A DNA stretch of 64,000 nt from Tubulanus polymorphus (taxonomy: Eukaryota > Animalia > Nemertea): the NCBI RefSeq assembly GCF_964204645.1, contig NC_134026.1:3123950-3187949 (forward strand), in the 5' to 3' direction. The position numbers were made by a program, and so were the translations under genes. The notes beneath the pieces were generated by a model. It was not told where the DNA came from and ran no database searches. It worked only from the letters and a program-made list of their open reading frames with translations. Positions within the stretch are counted from its first letter, which is position 1. Each line of letters opens with the position of its first letter. Shown one piece after another: positions 25,901 to 38,676 of the stretch.

Positions 25901-28900
25901 TGGAATAAACGTACCCCTTGAGTAAATATAGCAGGATTTCCGGACTCTAACATATCTTCCAACTCTTCATTCGTCGTCGTTTTACCAGCTAGAAAAGACA
26001 AGTTGATGATAACACATTAATTTCATACTATAGACCCCTTCAGAACTGTTGGGTCTTCAGCTCTTAGCTATGGCCAAAAATGATACGGCAACTGACTAGA
26101 CAGCGTCATTTCAAACATTCTAATTCCATTTCATTTTCATTTAGATAAAGAAGATATTCTAAGTAATTACTAACAGACTGAACAATTTTCTTATATAATC
26201 TTATCAATTTCAAGGTGATTATTAACATCTTTCAACATTGACATTTGTACAACATTGCCTTATATCAAAAATACAATTTTTATGGATAAATGCCTTTTCC
26301 GCAAACCAGAATACACTGATATGTGTATATCACAAGTACAATTCATGCCTGAGACACAGTGGGTTACGTTGGTTTGAAAGACTTGGATCATTCGTAGTTA
26401 GCAGCAGAATATATCCATGCTCTGTATATGTAAAATTCCGTTCGAATTACATGGACTCCTCAATTCCAAAAATATATTCTCGGATAGAAAACATGCACAT
26501 TTTAGTGGTAAAAAATCTTTTTCAAGGGGTGGATGATAAAAAACATAGAAGAAGGGGAAGATTTGAAGATGGGACCATGCTCAACAATTGAAGTCTTATA
26601 TTTCAAAATGCATTACAAATACACCATGGACACAGGTTTTGTGTTGAAGCAGGCGTCTAAAGTGCTCTCGGGAAAAGCCACCACCTTTTATTTCTCGCTA
26701 ACAACAGCGCACGAATCAAGCACTAATTTCCTTTATTTCTAATCACTAATTTCCTATCATTACCTATACATCCTACATACTAGCTAAATCTGTATTATCA
26801 ATTTTTTCGCAATTGAAATTAAAACTAAATATTCGTTTAACTGAAAAGTCATTAGATAATCCTAACCATCCAAGACATGGACATACTCTGCTTTAACTAG
26901 AATTTATCACTAATAGGCAGTCATTCATAACATTCGATTTCGTATATTAATCGACATTCTCCGCGTCAAGAATATCAGTGCTTTTCGCATCGGATTGAAA
27001 TAAACGTCTTTCAAACTAATACGGATTAAAGGTTCACGCCGCGAGGTATGAAAGTTGATCCCGAACACGTTTGAAACACGAACACAATATTCTTGACTCG
27101 TGATTTTTAAGATTGTACGTTGATTAATTACATCCATCTAGCCTCACAATTGATTGTCATTTAAGGCCTAGAATCTACGCTCTATGCATAAACAAGTCTA
27201 TCTACAAAATCAAAGTAACAAATACAAAATCAATAAAATTCATAATATAAATCTTAATAATAATTACGATGTAAATGTAAACAATCGAAACTAAATAATC
27301 ATTATTGATTAGTTAACTGTGACTATAAGCTATTCACTAATTAATAAATTTCTTACCTATTTATATATATATAAACATTCACAAGTAACCGCATGCAATA
27401 AAGCATGTGAATATAAGCATCCAGTGGTTAGTACATTAATTAAGTGGTGGATAGGTGCAAGTGCAGGGCTTAGACGAGGGAGTGGGGGGTGGGGGGTTAA
27501 CCTGTAAACCTGTAGAGTTTTACGGGGGGGCAATGATGATGATGATGATGACGATGATGGGATGTCAACTACACAGAAGAAAACAAACTATCATATCTTA
27601 CTGATCGCCAATTGTCGCTGGATTCGTCCTTTGCATCGATCGCGGTAGTCTATCTGACATGCGTTGTAATCGTTCATTACTTCAACAAATTTACGTGATA
27701 ATGTGGCGTGCTATAAAAATGAAACGAAAAGATGTAGAACGAAAGAAACACGACGAAAAAACGATACGTATATATCGCACGCGCACGACGGGCACGGGCG
27801 AAACGGTCGGACCCGGTGACACACGCGTGCGCGCGCCCGCGCGGTAGTACACACGTATAGATCAGTTCGTCGAGAGAGACGTACAGAGATGGCTAGGACG
27901 GACGATTGCAAAGAAAACGTATACCAAAAAAAAAGAAGATAATAATATAATAAAATATAATAATAATGATAATAATAATAATAATGACGAGTAGAAGAAG
28001 GAGAAAAAAGACGCTATGTTTATTGAAAAGGGTCTTACTGATCTCCATTTGACGCTTAATGCGTGTTTTGCAGCGTTCGCGGTAGTCTATTTGTGCTTTG
28101 TTGTAATCGTTCATCACCTCGATGAATTTACGCGAAATGGTCGAATACTAGAAAGAACACACATACAAATAATGACGTGAAAAAAATCGCCACACACACC
28201 GACGAGACGCCGGCCTTGTACGCATCATCACATCCCCGATGATGATCACCACGAAGAGGTAAAATACGTAGAGAAATGGCAAGAAATTTCAACGATTATT
28301 GAGGAGAGCGAGGAATATAAGGAAGATTCCATCAACTGTCATGCGATTTTTCGTTTTTTTTTTCTTCAAATTTTTCGCCCAGACTTTTAAAATGTCAAAG
28401 CAATCAGTTTGGGTATTGTCGAATGCATGCGTAGAAAAGTTTTCCTACTGATTGAAAGTTTGACGGATTCAATTATATAAGGTGGTAAAATTGGGATGGA
28501 TTTATCAAAAGAATCATCTTCATTCACAATTTTCGGGTTGTGGCATGCTACAAAGGTTTCGGGTGGGGTAGGGAAGGATATTGCTTGTTAGATCAAGGAA
28601 TATTATCGTACAGAATTGTTTTTCTGGAATGAATCGTGTGGATTGAGAAGCGGTGCTTACAACAGTCTGAAACAGATATATATGGTGACCGTGGTACGCT
28701 GAAAATACAATCAACGACAACAAATTATGGGTTGAAGTTAATTCCTCAAGGGCTGGCATCCTGCACATTTGACTCAAGCCTGATCCGTGCTATCAGCTAT
28801 TGTCTCAATTAAGTTTGACTCGCTCCGCTAGATCTTAATAAGTTGATTTTCAATAGATCCAATCTGCCCAAGGATTTTAACTCAGAACTGTGGATGCAGG

Positions 28901-31720
28901 TTTTGGAACCCTATACACAGACCAGACTACCTTATATTTCTGTCTAATGTAGAAGCTTTCACCCAAAATGAGAGTAATTTGACGTAGAAAATAGTACCGT
29001 AGTTAATTTGAAAATGAACTGGAAATTACTCTGGTTTTACCGGAAGTGTATTTTGATATTTTTAGGAGTAGTTGAACTTGTAAAGAGTATAGAAACAACT
29101 AATCAGGTCTGTATACTGTCGGGTGAGGATTACAATCACCCGCACCACGCTGAACGACCATTGCTAAGATTATTCATCGTTCATTGGAGCTTCCCACCCC
29201 CTTGAGACATGAACCTCATATCAACTCGCCCGTGCCGTGACATCAACTGCTGAAATAAATCCAGAATTGGCGAAGCCGTTAATTTTCGAATCGCTCTGTA
29301 AAAGAACATACAAGAGACAATCATGTAAATGAAGTTTTCGCTGAAATGAAAAAATACTCGTAAAAAATGCGTGATAGAAATTGAAAAAACATCGAGGAAA
29401 AAGGTGAACACCAATAGAAAACAGGCTGGAATAGACCACAACCAATGAGGGATGACCGTAGAAGCAGAAGTAAGACCAGGCGAGCTCCTTTCAGAAGAGT
29501 CCAGTCATAGAAGAAACGAAAATGATAAAACATGTAGAAATTTGATAAATGATAATCTTTGAATCAACATGGCTGAACGAAGCCATTCAATCGACGAGAC
29601 TTCAATCGGTCATCGCATCCGTCTGCAAATAATTTTCAGTTAACTGCAGGCAATCAGCTCTATGACCTGCGACATAACTAAATAAATTATGTCCTAAAGC
29701 AAACCAAATGCAATTGATTTTGTCACTTTTCTTATCATTACTAATAGTTGCCCTTCAGGTTCAACTTCAGTGCTTAACCTTTGACCTTATATTATGTAAA
29801 AGCAGCTAAATTGCCTTTTAAACGAAGGAAATCTAGTTATTATGTTCACGCAGACATATTCATATATGACAATAAAAACCTCTTAATTCAAACTTTTTGG
29901 GACTGACAAAATCGTAATCTATACTCAAGTGAATCAAATCAGTATTAGCAGGTTTTACAGAATTCACAAATCATAAATCTCATTCGTGGTTAACTTTCTG
30001 AATACAGGATTATAAAGATACTGTGGCAAGTGAGTGAAATGTGTTCGATGATTTTTTGGAATCAGTTTTTTACCTGTGTTTTGCGTATTCGCAAATCGGC
30101 TGATGATTTGTTGGAATGTTCTTCTTGTTCAATATTCTGTTCAATAACTGAAATTTAAGAGAAATAGATTCATGAGGACAAATCATCTAGATCTTTATGA
30201 AGATGGTAATATGCAGATGATTTCCTGATTCGTTTAGGAATAACAACTGCATTGCCCTTACCTTTTAATTTGCCCCTCACTTTGTTTGCAGTTTTCTTGA
30301 TATCCGACATTAATTCTTCTAATTCACCTTTCATTTCTACAACACATTAAAAAAATTGAAAATAACATATCAGGAAAAGATTTCACAATAGGCTATTAGG
30401 ACAACTGAAATAAATTGAGTTCATTTTCAACTGGATCAAAATTGGAGTTCATTTTCAATAAATGATATTTCAATGTAGTTCCTGGATAAATGGACTCCTT
30501 TTTTTATCTGAATTAAGTGAAAATCCGGGTGCAAAAACCCAAATTAAGCGAATTCTACAATGTTTTCTTGTCTTCATTTTGCTTGAGATATTGATAATAC
30601 GCAGGAAACGAATAAGGGAAGATGTAACTTTTTCATTTAAAAAATGGCATTGCGGGAAAGATCGTCAACATTTTTTACAATGGTTTCCTTCGTTGGATTA
30701 TTACGGTCTGCGGGGTAAGGCTAAATGCTACTATACATTATCAGACGATCATATAAATTACACATCATCGTAAAATGGGTTGTTTAAACGAATAAACACG
30801 ATTATGAGGGCGCCAGTAAAATGTCTGACAAACCAATACAGCAGCAGCAACAGCAGCAGCATTATCATCAAACAAACAGCACGAACAGCAGAAATAATAA
30901 TATCCGACTGTCCCAGATTTCAAATAAATAGTCAGTCATATAGGCCTAAATGATCAACTGTTATACTGACTGACCAATACAGATCAGTCATTCCGGGATA
31001 TCCAGTATTACAGTACACTCCTCCTGAATTGGTTGTGTTTATCTTAGTAAACCGGTAATTCAGTGGGTTTTTTATAAGCAAATTTGTATCCTTGACACAA
31101 CTAATCTCAAATTCCGTAATCGGTAATACTGAATCCAACTATACTGATTTAGGCGTATTTAGTCATCTGTACAACTACAAACTAGACGAAAATGTTTGAT
31201 CGCCTATTTCTCAAAATTGAAAGAGTATTAAAGGAGTTTGTGACAGCATTTTCCGTTCAACGAAGCAAGAATTCGTAGGGACTCTGCAATCAGTCAGTCA
31301 GGTCATGGTGGCCAACACACACACAATCATTCAGTAGCCAGGTCGCCCTGACCTGGAGGAGCAACTGCTTCCATTCCGTCCAAAGCATTTGACGAGCTAA
31401 CCAGTCATGCGTTGTCGAGACTCAGCATTAGATTCAGTTGGCCGGGTAAGTTAGCCAGCCGTTAGGGCTAGCCGTGAACGCACTGACAGTAGTAACAGCA
31501 GTGAACATCACTTAATGAATTCATTTGTTTCACAGATTGATTCTTAGATGTTGTAACACACACTCAGTTTCTACATGTTTAATGTTTAATCAATAATAAT
31601 AAGCGGGCTACATTCCAATTCTCGTTCTATCACTGTCAATTTCGACTGATAGAGCGTCGTAGTGCTGATTATATCTAGCCTTACAGTGCTTACACGAGCT
31701 GCTGATTTTTATCATCACTA

Positions 31721-31767
<47 letters not shown>

Positions 31768-34700
31768 ACGCAGCCACTATACCCCGATAACGACTTCTGC
31801 CACTACATACCAGTCCAGAAAAGCGACGAAACAAGTATCACTTTTGGCTGAATTCGGGAAATGGACGCGGTCGGGTCAGGAAGGAATTTTTATACAGTTC
31901 CCCAATTCAATCTTACATCGACAGGGTTTTAATGGCCCCGCAGGAGACACACTGACTGATGGCCAGAAAGCGGTGATCCTACAGTACATGCCATTAGGGT
32001 CGGCAACTTGCATGTTTGACAGCATAAAATTTCAATCTTCCTCATGAAATATACCAATTACAACTAATATATATCGCCGATGCGACATAGAAGATAGGCG
32101 ATAGTATGCAATATCCAAAATCATTAGACTAAATATATAGAGTTTATAGCGAAGGGGATCTGTCATCGTGAAGCTACTCATTAATGAGCTTCGTTTTCAT
32201 TATTCAATTGGTTAAAATGAATAAGTTTTTAATTCGCTTATATCCACTCAAAAAGAGATATCATCATATCAGTGTTTATATATATATATATATATAACGA
32301 TTCCATCAGGATGATAAACTAACAGATTGACTGTTTTCAATGAAATCAATCCCGTCAATATTTGCGCACATTTTTGGAAATTCTCAAGTTATACGACGCA
32401 GAGACTGAGAGCAGCTGATGGGTCGAATAAAGACAAGGAACATGATTTTTATTTGCATTTGAGGAACAGAACGAGGAAGAGAGGCATACAGTGAGAGGAG
32501 AGAGAGGGAGAGAGGGAGGGGAGAGAGACACTTAAGACGTGATCAATAGCCGGATATGATGAGACAATCATAAGCTCATCGCTCTTCAGTGAAATGCCAA
32601 GAATTTACTGGTGGAATCATTCAAATGACATTAATATATAATATGAACTCACATGAAGACGTAATGACGCGGGGGTACAGGGTTCTGCCTGGTAACCTCA
32701 TTTCATACCTCTACCCCTAAGTTATAGATAGCCAGCCGAGAATAGGCCGGCAGATTCAAAGTGAATATAACTGCCATCGACGAAGTGTTTTTTCATAAAT
32801 TTTGTGATTAAATTTGTAGTAAGACATTTAGGCATAGGCCTATAGCCTAAAATTCAAAATAGAAGGTGAATTTCATTTTGAGGCCATTTTCTGATTACCT
32901 CTTACATGGCCAGAAAAAAAAATTTCATAGCTTTTCCAGGGCCTGAAAAAAATTCCCCCTCTCCAAAACTCGCAAGAACCTCGGGGGCATATTTTTAGTG
33001 GGTGAAACAAGACGATTTACGGTAAGATCTTCAGCTTCAGATCGATGTATTAATTTTTATTCGACTTCCTGGGGTAAAACAGACAAACACAGATTCATCT
33101 ACTCGAATATAATCCATCTGTAACGCGATATTAACCTAAACCGACGCAACGTATTATTATCAGTTTCCCCCCCCTCCCCATACAGAATTAGCCGCCAGTA
33201 AATCATTACACGAAGCTGTACTGTAACTGTCTGCTGTATTGTTGTCATGGCCCTTGGGGGCTAAAACACGGATTTCGAGGCACCAGGAGATCCGGGACTG
33301 ACTCTATTGTAAAGAAAATCCATAAAGTACCGTTCCAGGTATGAAACCAGTGCAAGCAAGCGGGAACATCCAGATCTAATACATCATAAGTAAGAAATGA
33401 GAACCCTAGCATAATAAGTAATAATAGGTCACCCAATTTTGATGTAGCAGCAGTAATATAATGTACGAGATATATATATATATATATATATATATTACAT
33501 ACTCAGTTTGAGACAATGTAATAAATCTTTCATTAATATTAGATGTCAAATCAGTCGATTTATGTCAGTTAGTCGGTACATCGTTAATAATGGTTCTCAG
33601 ATGCGGTGAAAGAGTAGAAAATTGCGAGCGTCGAGTTATTGTAACTGATACGAGACACGGTCGATGTGATCAAATATTTCTAGCTTAGACCATCGAGCGT
33701 GAGAGGCGGATTTCAGATACGTGGCCTACTTTTTGGGATGATTGGTTGACGTATACTTGATGGCGTGATACAATTCTATCTCTGAACACCTTTGAGAAAT
33801 TACATTACTTTGAAAAAGATTGAAAGGGACATGATACGACCCTGCCGATTCTATAACCGGGGATGCATCTCCATAATCAGAGCAACGTATCTGAAAATCA
33901 TCGGAAAAAAGCTTTATAACAACTACTGAAGCACATAGTGTTACTGTTGTGCTCAGAATTCATCGAAGCCGTATACAGAGAGAGTGAGTAAGCCAGCTAA
34001 TGATCACAGCCTGCGCGAGTACTTAGTGCGTAACAGTCACTGTCATACAGAAAATCACTGCTTAACCGAGATACATCATTAGCAGAAAAAAAGCATTAAT
34101 AATACACCGTATAAAGTAAGATGAGACACGTCAATGTGATATTAATATTTTCATTTTTTCCACGTCTCATCGTGTGATACGTATATTCTAGAAGCTTCCA
34201 GCGGTTCGATGATACTCGAGTATAAATTCACGCGACGGATTCTAGGGACATTTTCCGATTCTCGTCGAATATTTACGATGAGAAGACCGCAACACCGGGG
34301 CGCACAGTTTTACAAACGTTAGTAATCAATGTTTTTCGAGCGTTGCAGAACTGAAAGAACACGCACTTAGTCAAGAATGTGAGTTGATAAAATTAAGGTT
34401 CAGTCAAATGCTAGTAATGATAATAGAATCAGATTCATATTCAAGCAAAACACATATTTCGGCAAGAGGGGCTGCATTCGTTCTTTGGAGAAATATTGGA
34501 TCGTGGACACCGAACACAAACGTTTCGAGGTGTGGACTTCTTTTGAAAATAAATCCTATTTGGCGCGATCTCACATTAAACCGACTATTTTTATAAGGCT
34601 TCATAGTCGAATAAGCATCGAATGCGCATCGACATCGACTACAGTAGCAGCGGATCTTTGAACACGGGTGATTGATTTCTAGAGGGATTCATAATAGAAA

Positions 34701-37700
34701 GTGCAGCAGGGTTGGCCGCCTTTTTAAAACCTGTTACGGAGAAGCTGTTGAGAGAGAGAGGGGGGAGAGAGAGGAGACAGAAGAGCCCAGGTGATTACTG
34801 TATGGCCTATGTGATTTTCATCTCAGCAATGCCCCGAGAGATCAGTTTAATCAACTAAGTAACGTTCATCTCGAGACAACAGTACAGACACTACTACGCC
34901 CGATCGATATTATCATGGACTATCTAAATCTTCTGTTCCTCGTCGTCAGTAGCGGAATTACGATGAAACATAATAATATATATATATGTCGTATATATAT
35001 ATATAAGATTTCATTGGTCAGATATAACTTGAGGGGACAGTGTTCTGAATACCGGTCGGTCGTATGTTCAGATTTCTGCGGCTGTTGCGAAATTCTCGTC
35101 GAAAGCTCGCTGAGATATGAGTAATTGCAGTTGATGCGGTCGGTTTTTATTCCGAGCACGTCACAGACCCTTTGTATATCAGGCCGGCTACGACTCGACG
35201 AATCAGGGAATAATGTACAGTAGACCGTGGTGATATGATAGCGCATACACACTGCAGATAGAGAGAAGAGAGAGAGAGAGAGAGCGGGAGAGAGAAGAGA
35301 GAGAGAGAGACAATCTTGTGATCAATTGTGACAGAGTAGAGTCAGCCAATGCAACCTTCGTGTATTCTATGAAAACACCAGTTCCTAGACGGATCAATAC
35401 ATTGCCAATCCCAGGCTAGCAGCTTATCCAATTATTTCCTATCAAATCCCGTTTCTAGGCGAAGTACATAAGCGCGATGCGAAACGCGACGCTCAACCTT
35501 GGATACGAAAGGCGCATTAAGATGCGAATATGCTGTGTAAACAGTGACAGACTATCGGGTGCGAGATTTCCGAACTCGTTATAATGTTTCAACATCCGCT
35601 GAGACGCACAACGCGGGCTCCGATGGAATCTATTAAATTTTCATTTAAACCGTCGAGGTGTCGTATCGCCGCGGCGCGCGTACCGCGTTGAAGAAACACA
35701 CCGGCGCCAGACAATACCCGCTCGCCGAGCGGCGCAATTCTCGATACAACCGTTTTTCGTGAAGTTACCGAATTAACATTTTCACTTTGCGGATGAAATA
35801 ACGACGAGACGACCTTCGTTCTCGTATCTAACGAAAGCTCAAGAAATCTCGGTAGATTTTCACGACAAGAAGAGGCGCGCTATACAACTTAGCTACATCG
35901 CTATCGAAAGCTGGATACTTTAATCTTCAGACGATTCATACATAATTGAAAAGAGAATGGTTTTGTGCGCGGCCAGTAGCTATCACAACTACAGCTATTG
36001 CCGTAATAGACAAATGAGAAGTCACAATATCATACAATATACATAGATATATAGATATTGAACGGCTTGAGTCGGTTCACTATTGCCGCATAGTAGCGAG
36101 TGACCATAACTACCGCACAGCAAGGTGAAGCAGTTCCATTTCATGTGCAGCTTTATAGAGAGATGAAGTCCACGCCTACACTACGTTAGCATTATCTGAA
36201 AAATCAATTGCCATCTAATGCCATACTTCACTTTCTCCTCGACAGATCAACCGAATAATCCAAATGAAAGCTCAATTTGTTTGAGCTTTATATGGGAGCA
36301 ATAGCGAATAGTGATAGAAGGTGATATCTGATAACTAGGACCGTAGTAAGAGAGCTAAGTGCTTGTACCGAATACCGGACCGTTGAAATCGGCTTTCAAG
36401 GATAGCTTGCAAGCGAATTCAAAGCGAAATAGATATAGTAACGAAATTTCCAGACAGGTGCTTACCATTACCTAATCAGCCAAATAAAAACCTTCCTTTC
36501 ATAGTTGAATAAATGCTGAAAACCTAAGTGAGTTTCTACTTACTATCATCGCTTTGAGGGGCTGACAATATTGCACTATGTTTCTTTTTAACTTCGTCCA
36601 CATTCGCCGATATTTTATCGATCATCCCGCGTATCTCTTCCACCTGAATACAAACATCCGCGATAGAAATTTCGATGATTCGATTAAAAAAAAAATCTAT
36701 TCATATTTTCAGTCGTTTTTTACTACATTTATTACCTGCTCAAAGAATTCTTCCATAAATCCCCCGCTGTCCATATTGACAGCCACATCGTCAGGTACAT
36801 CATCATCATCGCTCTGAGCCTGAAACAGACGAGAAAAACTTTCGAAAAACTAGCGTAACAAAATTACAGATAGGAACAGGGCTGATAAGTGAACCCGCAA
36901 TTGACGATGTTTAACGATATTTTTGTTTTTGATATTTCAACTAAACCATCAGAGAAACAAAAATGAGAAGTCAAAGCCACCGTCACTCAAATGTGATAGG
37001 CCCTACCTAAGAAACCTACATGCTACTCGCTAATAGAAAACTCAAGCCCCTAGTTGAGGTGAAAAATCTAGAGTTAAGAAGGAAATTATCTGAATGAACA
37101 ATTTTCTCATCTTAAGGTAGATTACCAATCATTAATCCCCTGGATTGGAAGGGATGCTTGTCATTTAAGGCCGATAATCATTAGGCATGTGAATGACGAC
37201 TGGATCTGTTGAGAATAGTTGCTACCAATTCTAGGCATAAGTTTCATAGCAAAAGTCAAATAGGCCTACATGGCAAACGAAACAACAGCTGACATTCAGA
37301 TTAACAAGACTTTCTGAAGAAATGGTTTCTTTCCTCAACTATAAGACATTAGCCTATCATAATCCTTATCAAATCGTCGTGTTCTTTTTATCTACAACCC
37401 TAATGGTCTAAACACAGCTGTAGAGTTTGTGCAGCAAAATAAAAAACAAAGCCTTGATTTATGATTAATCCTATTTAGAAGAATGCCAGTTGGTTGAGCA
37501 GATTTGATACTAAAAAATTATATCACCAGAATGCCCCGAAAAATCAAATGGCTTTTCAGCGTGAAATGAAGAGAGACATTAATTATACGTTACAAACCAC
37601 AAGAATATCAGGCCTAAAATGGAATAACTACTTAAGGATTATAGAATGTCAAAAATGATCAAATCACTTCATCTTTTACCAAGAACTATGAAACTAGGTA

Positions 37701-38235
37701 TCGACTAAACAGAGTGATTCATACTACAGGGCTACATACAAATAACAGTTATCGACAGTTTCTGCATACTCTTTCAGCAGCTCCTACTAGTCCCTTATAA
37801 TCTAGCACTAAATACTTTGAATTGCTTTAATGGAAAAATTTCCATCAACCAGAATCCGTGCAAGACTCATCCTCCACTGTCACTGATTATTAGCTACTGA
37901 TGCTACACACAGGCAGTAGTCGGTCAGACTGAGCAATCACACACAGGACACACATCAAATCTCAACAATTATTATTAGACGCCCAGAATTTCTTTTTTAG
38001 TTAGAATCTACACATATTTATTCAAAATTCATATAAACATCAACATTGATTCTTACAACGGTTCAACACATTCGACATCACCCCACACTAGAGACACAAG
38101 ACGTAAATGTACTGACTGTCAGTCAGTCAGTCATTTGACAATCCTATTCGGTATTCCTACTTTCCGAGTACACAGACATTTTATCACAGAGTGTAAACCT
38201 ACCGCTTTAAGGGCTGCCAATCTATCCTTGGTCAT
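16877..38235 (-). CDS. STX1A: Syntaxin-1-type plasma-membrane Qa-SNARE (single pro-ortholog of vertebrate STX1/2/3), alternatively spliced
   Basis: Exons 38203-38235 ([11 protein letters not shown]), 36736-36819 (..FMEEFFEQ), 36544-36643, 30262-30336, 30074-30147 (..ADLRIRKTQ), 28039-28147 or 27602-27710, 25915-25988 (..[18 protein letters not shown]), 25377-25514 (..[32 protein letters not shown]), 25040-25150 ([22 protein letters not shown]), then a TM exon. All phases are consistent. Confidence 0.95.
17684..17758 (-). CDS. Possible fourth terminal TM exon: [24 protein letters not shown]
   Basis: TTTTTAG acceptor, phase 0, 24 uncharged residues then stop. It lacks the KK start, and T-rich DNA gives hydrophobic frames by chance. 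Confidence 0.3.
   Translation of the reverse strand, partial: FVFLFSLSLVVFFTVWMLSVFTIS
20660..20740 (-). CDS. STX1A: Syntaxin alternative terminal TM exon (middle): [26 protein letters not shown]
   Basis: Polypyrimidine-TGCAG acceptor followed by AAGAAGATCAT, as in the distal exon; phase 0. Confidence 0.88.
   Translation of the reverse strand, partial: KKIIIIVCIIVALAIIAIIIAVTVPK
22510..22593 (-). CDS. STX1A: Syntaxin alternative terminal TM exon (proximal): [27 protein letters not shown]
   Basis: TTTTAATTTCAG acceptor, phase 0, KK followed by a Cys-containing hydrophobic helix and stop. Confidence 0.82.
   Translation of the reverse strand, partial: KKLLLLGLCILLVAIVVIIIIITNVDM
22691..23055. 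mobile_element. MITE with CAGGG termini (hAT-like)
   Basis: Perfect 14-bp TIR cagggttcctacag / ctgtaggaaccctg, with internal repeated tttgaggg motifs. Confidence 0.75.
24655..24950. mobile_element. MITE with CA(A/G)GGTGGCCA termini
   Basis: caaggtggcca / tggccaccctg termini, with repeated ttttccctgattttt internal motifs. Confidence 0.65.
25662..25850. mobile_element. Tc1/mariner-pogo-type MITE
   Basis: TIR cagtaaaacctc / gaggttttactg with TA on the left; repeated gttcac..agagg sub-terminal motifs. Confidence 0.7.
27602..27710 (-). CDS. STX1A: Syntaxin mutually exclusive exon 6b: [36 protein letters not shown]
   Basis: 109 nt, TTTATAG acceptor and GTAAG donor, phase 0 to 1. Not in the ORF track. 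Confidence 0.92.
28039..28147 (-). CDS. STX1A: Syntaxin mutually exclusive exon 6a: [36 protein letters not shown]
   Basis: 109 nt, CTTTCTAG acceptor and GTAAG donor, phase 0 to 1. Confidence 0.92.
31722..31763. repeat. (CTG)14 microsatellite, intronic
   Basis: Read directly from the sequence. Confidence 0.95.
35259..35309. repeat. Imperfect (GA)n tract
   Basis: Read directly; similar tracts near 32490-32528 and 34750-34783. Confidence 0.85.
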
Positions 38236-38676
38236 CTTCCCAGCATAAACACTCCTAATCCGTGTTCACTGGATGTAAGGGAAGAACTTGTCCCGGTAAT
38301 TTAAGTCATAGAAGCTCGTAATTAGTTAAAAAACCGTATAAAATCGATAAATTTTAATAATTTCCAGTGTGAAGATTCTCTGCTCGACGCATGCGCAGTG
38401 GCGATTTCTCTCCGATTTTCACTTCCTTGTTCATGACGTCAGATCCGCTTAACTCCGCACTGGCGAAATTTTCATTAATTAAAAAAAAAATCGCGATTTA
38501 TTCGAAACATAATTTTAAACGTAAATTGATCGATATATGTCAATTTCTTTTCGTTATTGATTAGATTTATTTTGATCGGATTGATGGCGATAATTTTTCC
38601 GAAAATATTCGCGCCAAACTAGTTTCAACCGGATACAACACGGTCGCCGCCATTGCTCTACACACGACTTTCGTGG
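38236..38676. promoter_or_regulatory. Bidirectional promoter between syntaxin and Ran, plus Ran non-coding first exon
   Basis: GCATGCGCA (NRF1-like, ~38389), ACTTCC (ETS-like, 38421), TGACGTCA (CRE, 38434-38441), CCGCCAT (YY1-like, ~38648), GTAAGT donor near 38676. Confidence 0.6.

Noticed and set aside
27484-29201. 9-nt complement gggggtggg (27485) / cccaccccc (29193) flanking both exons 6
   Set aside because: Low complexity, and it would enclose both exons; not separable from chance.
10963-37000. Numerous 60-125 aa ORFs in the syntaxin UTR and introns
   Set aside because: No recognisable domains or splice context; expected by chance in AT-rich DNA with alternative starts.
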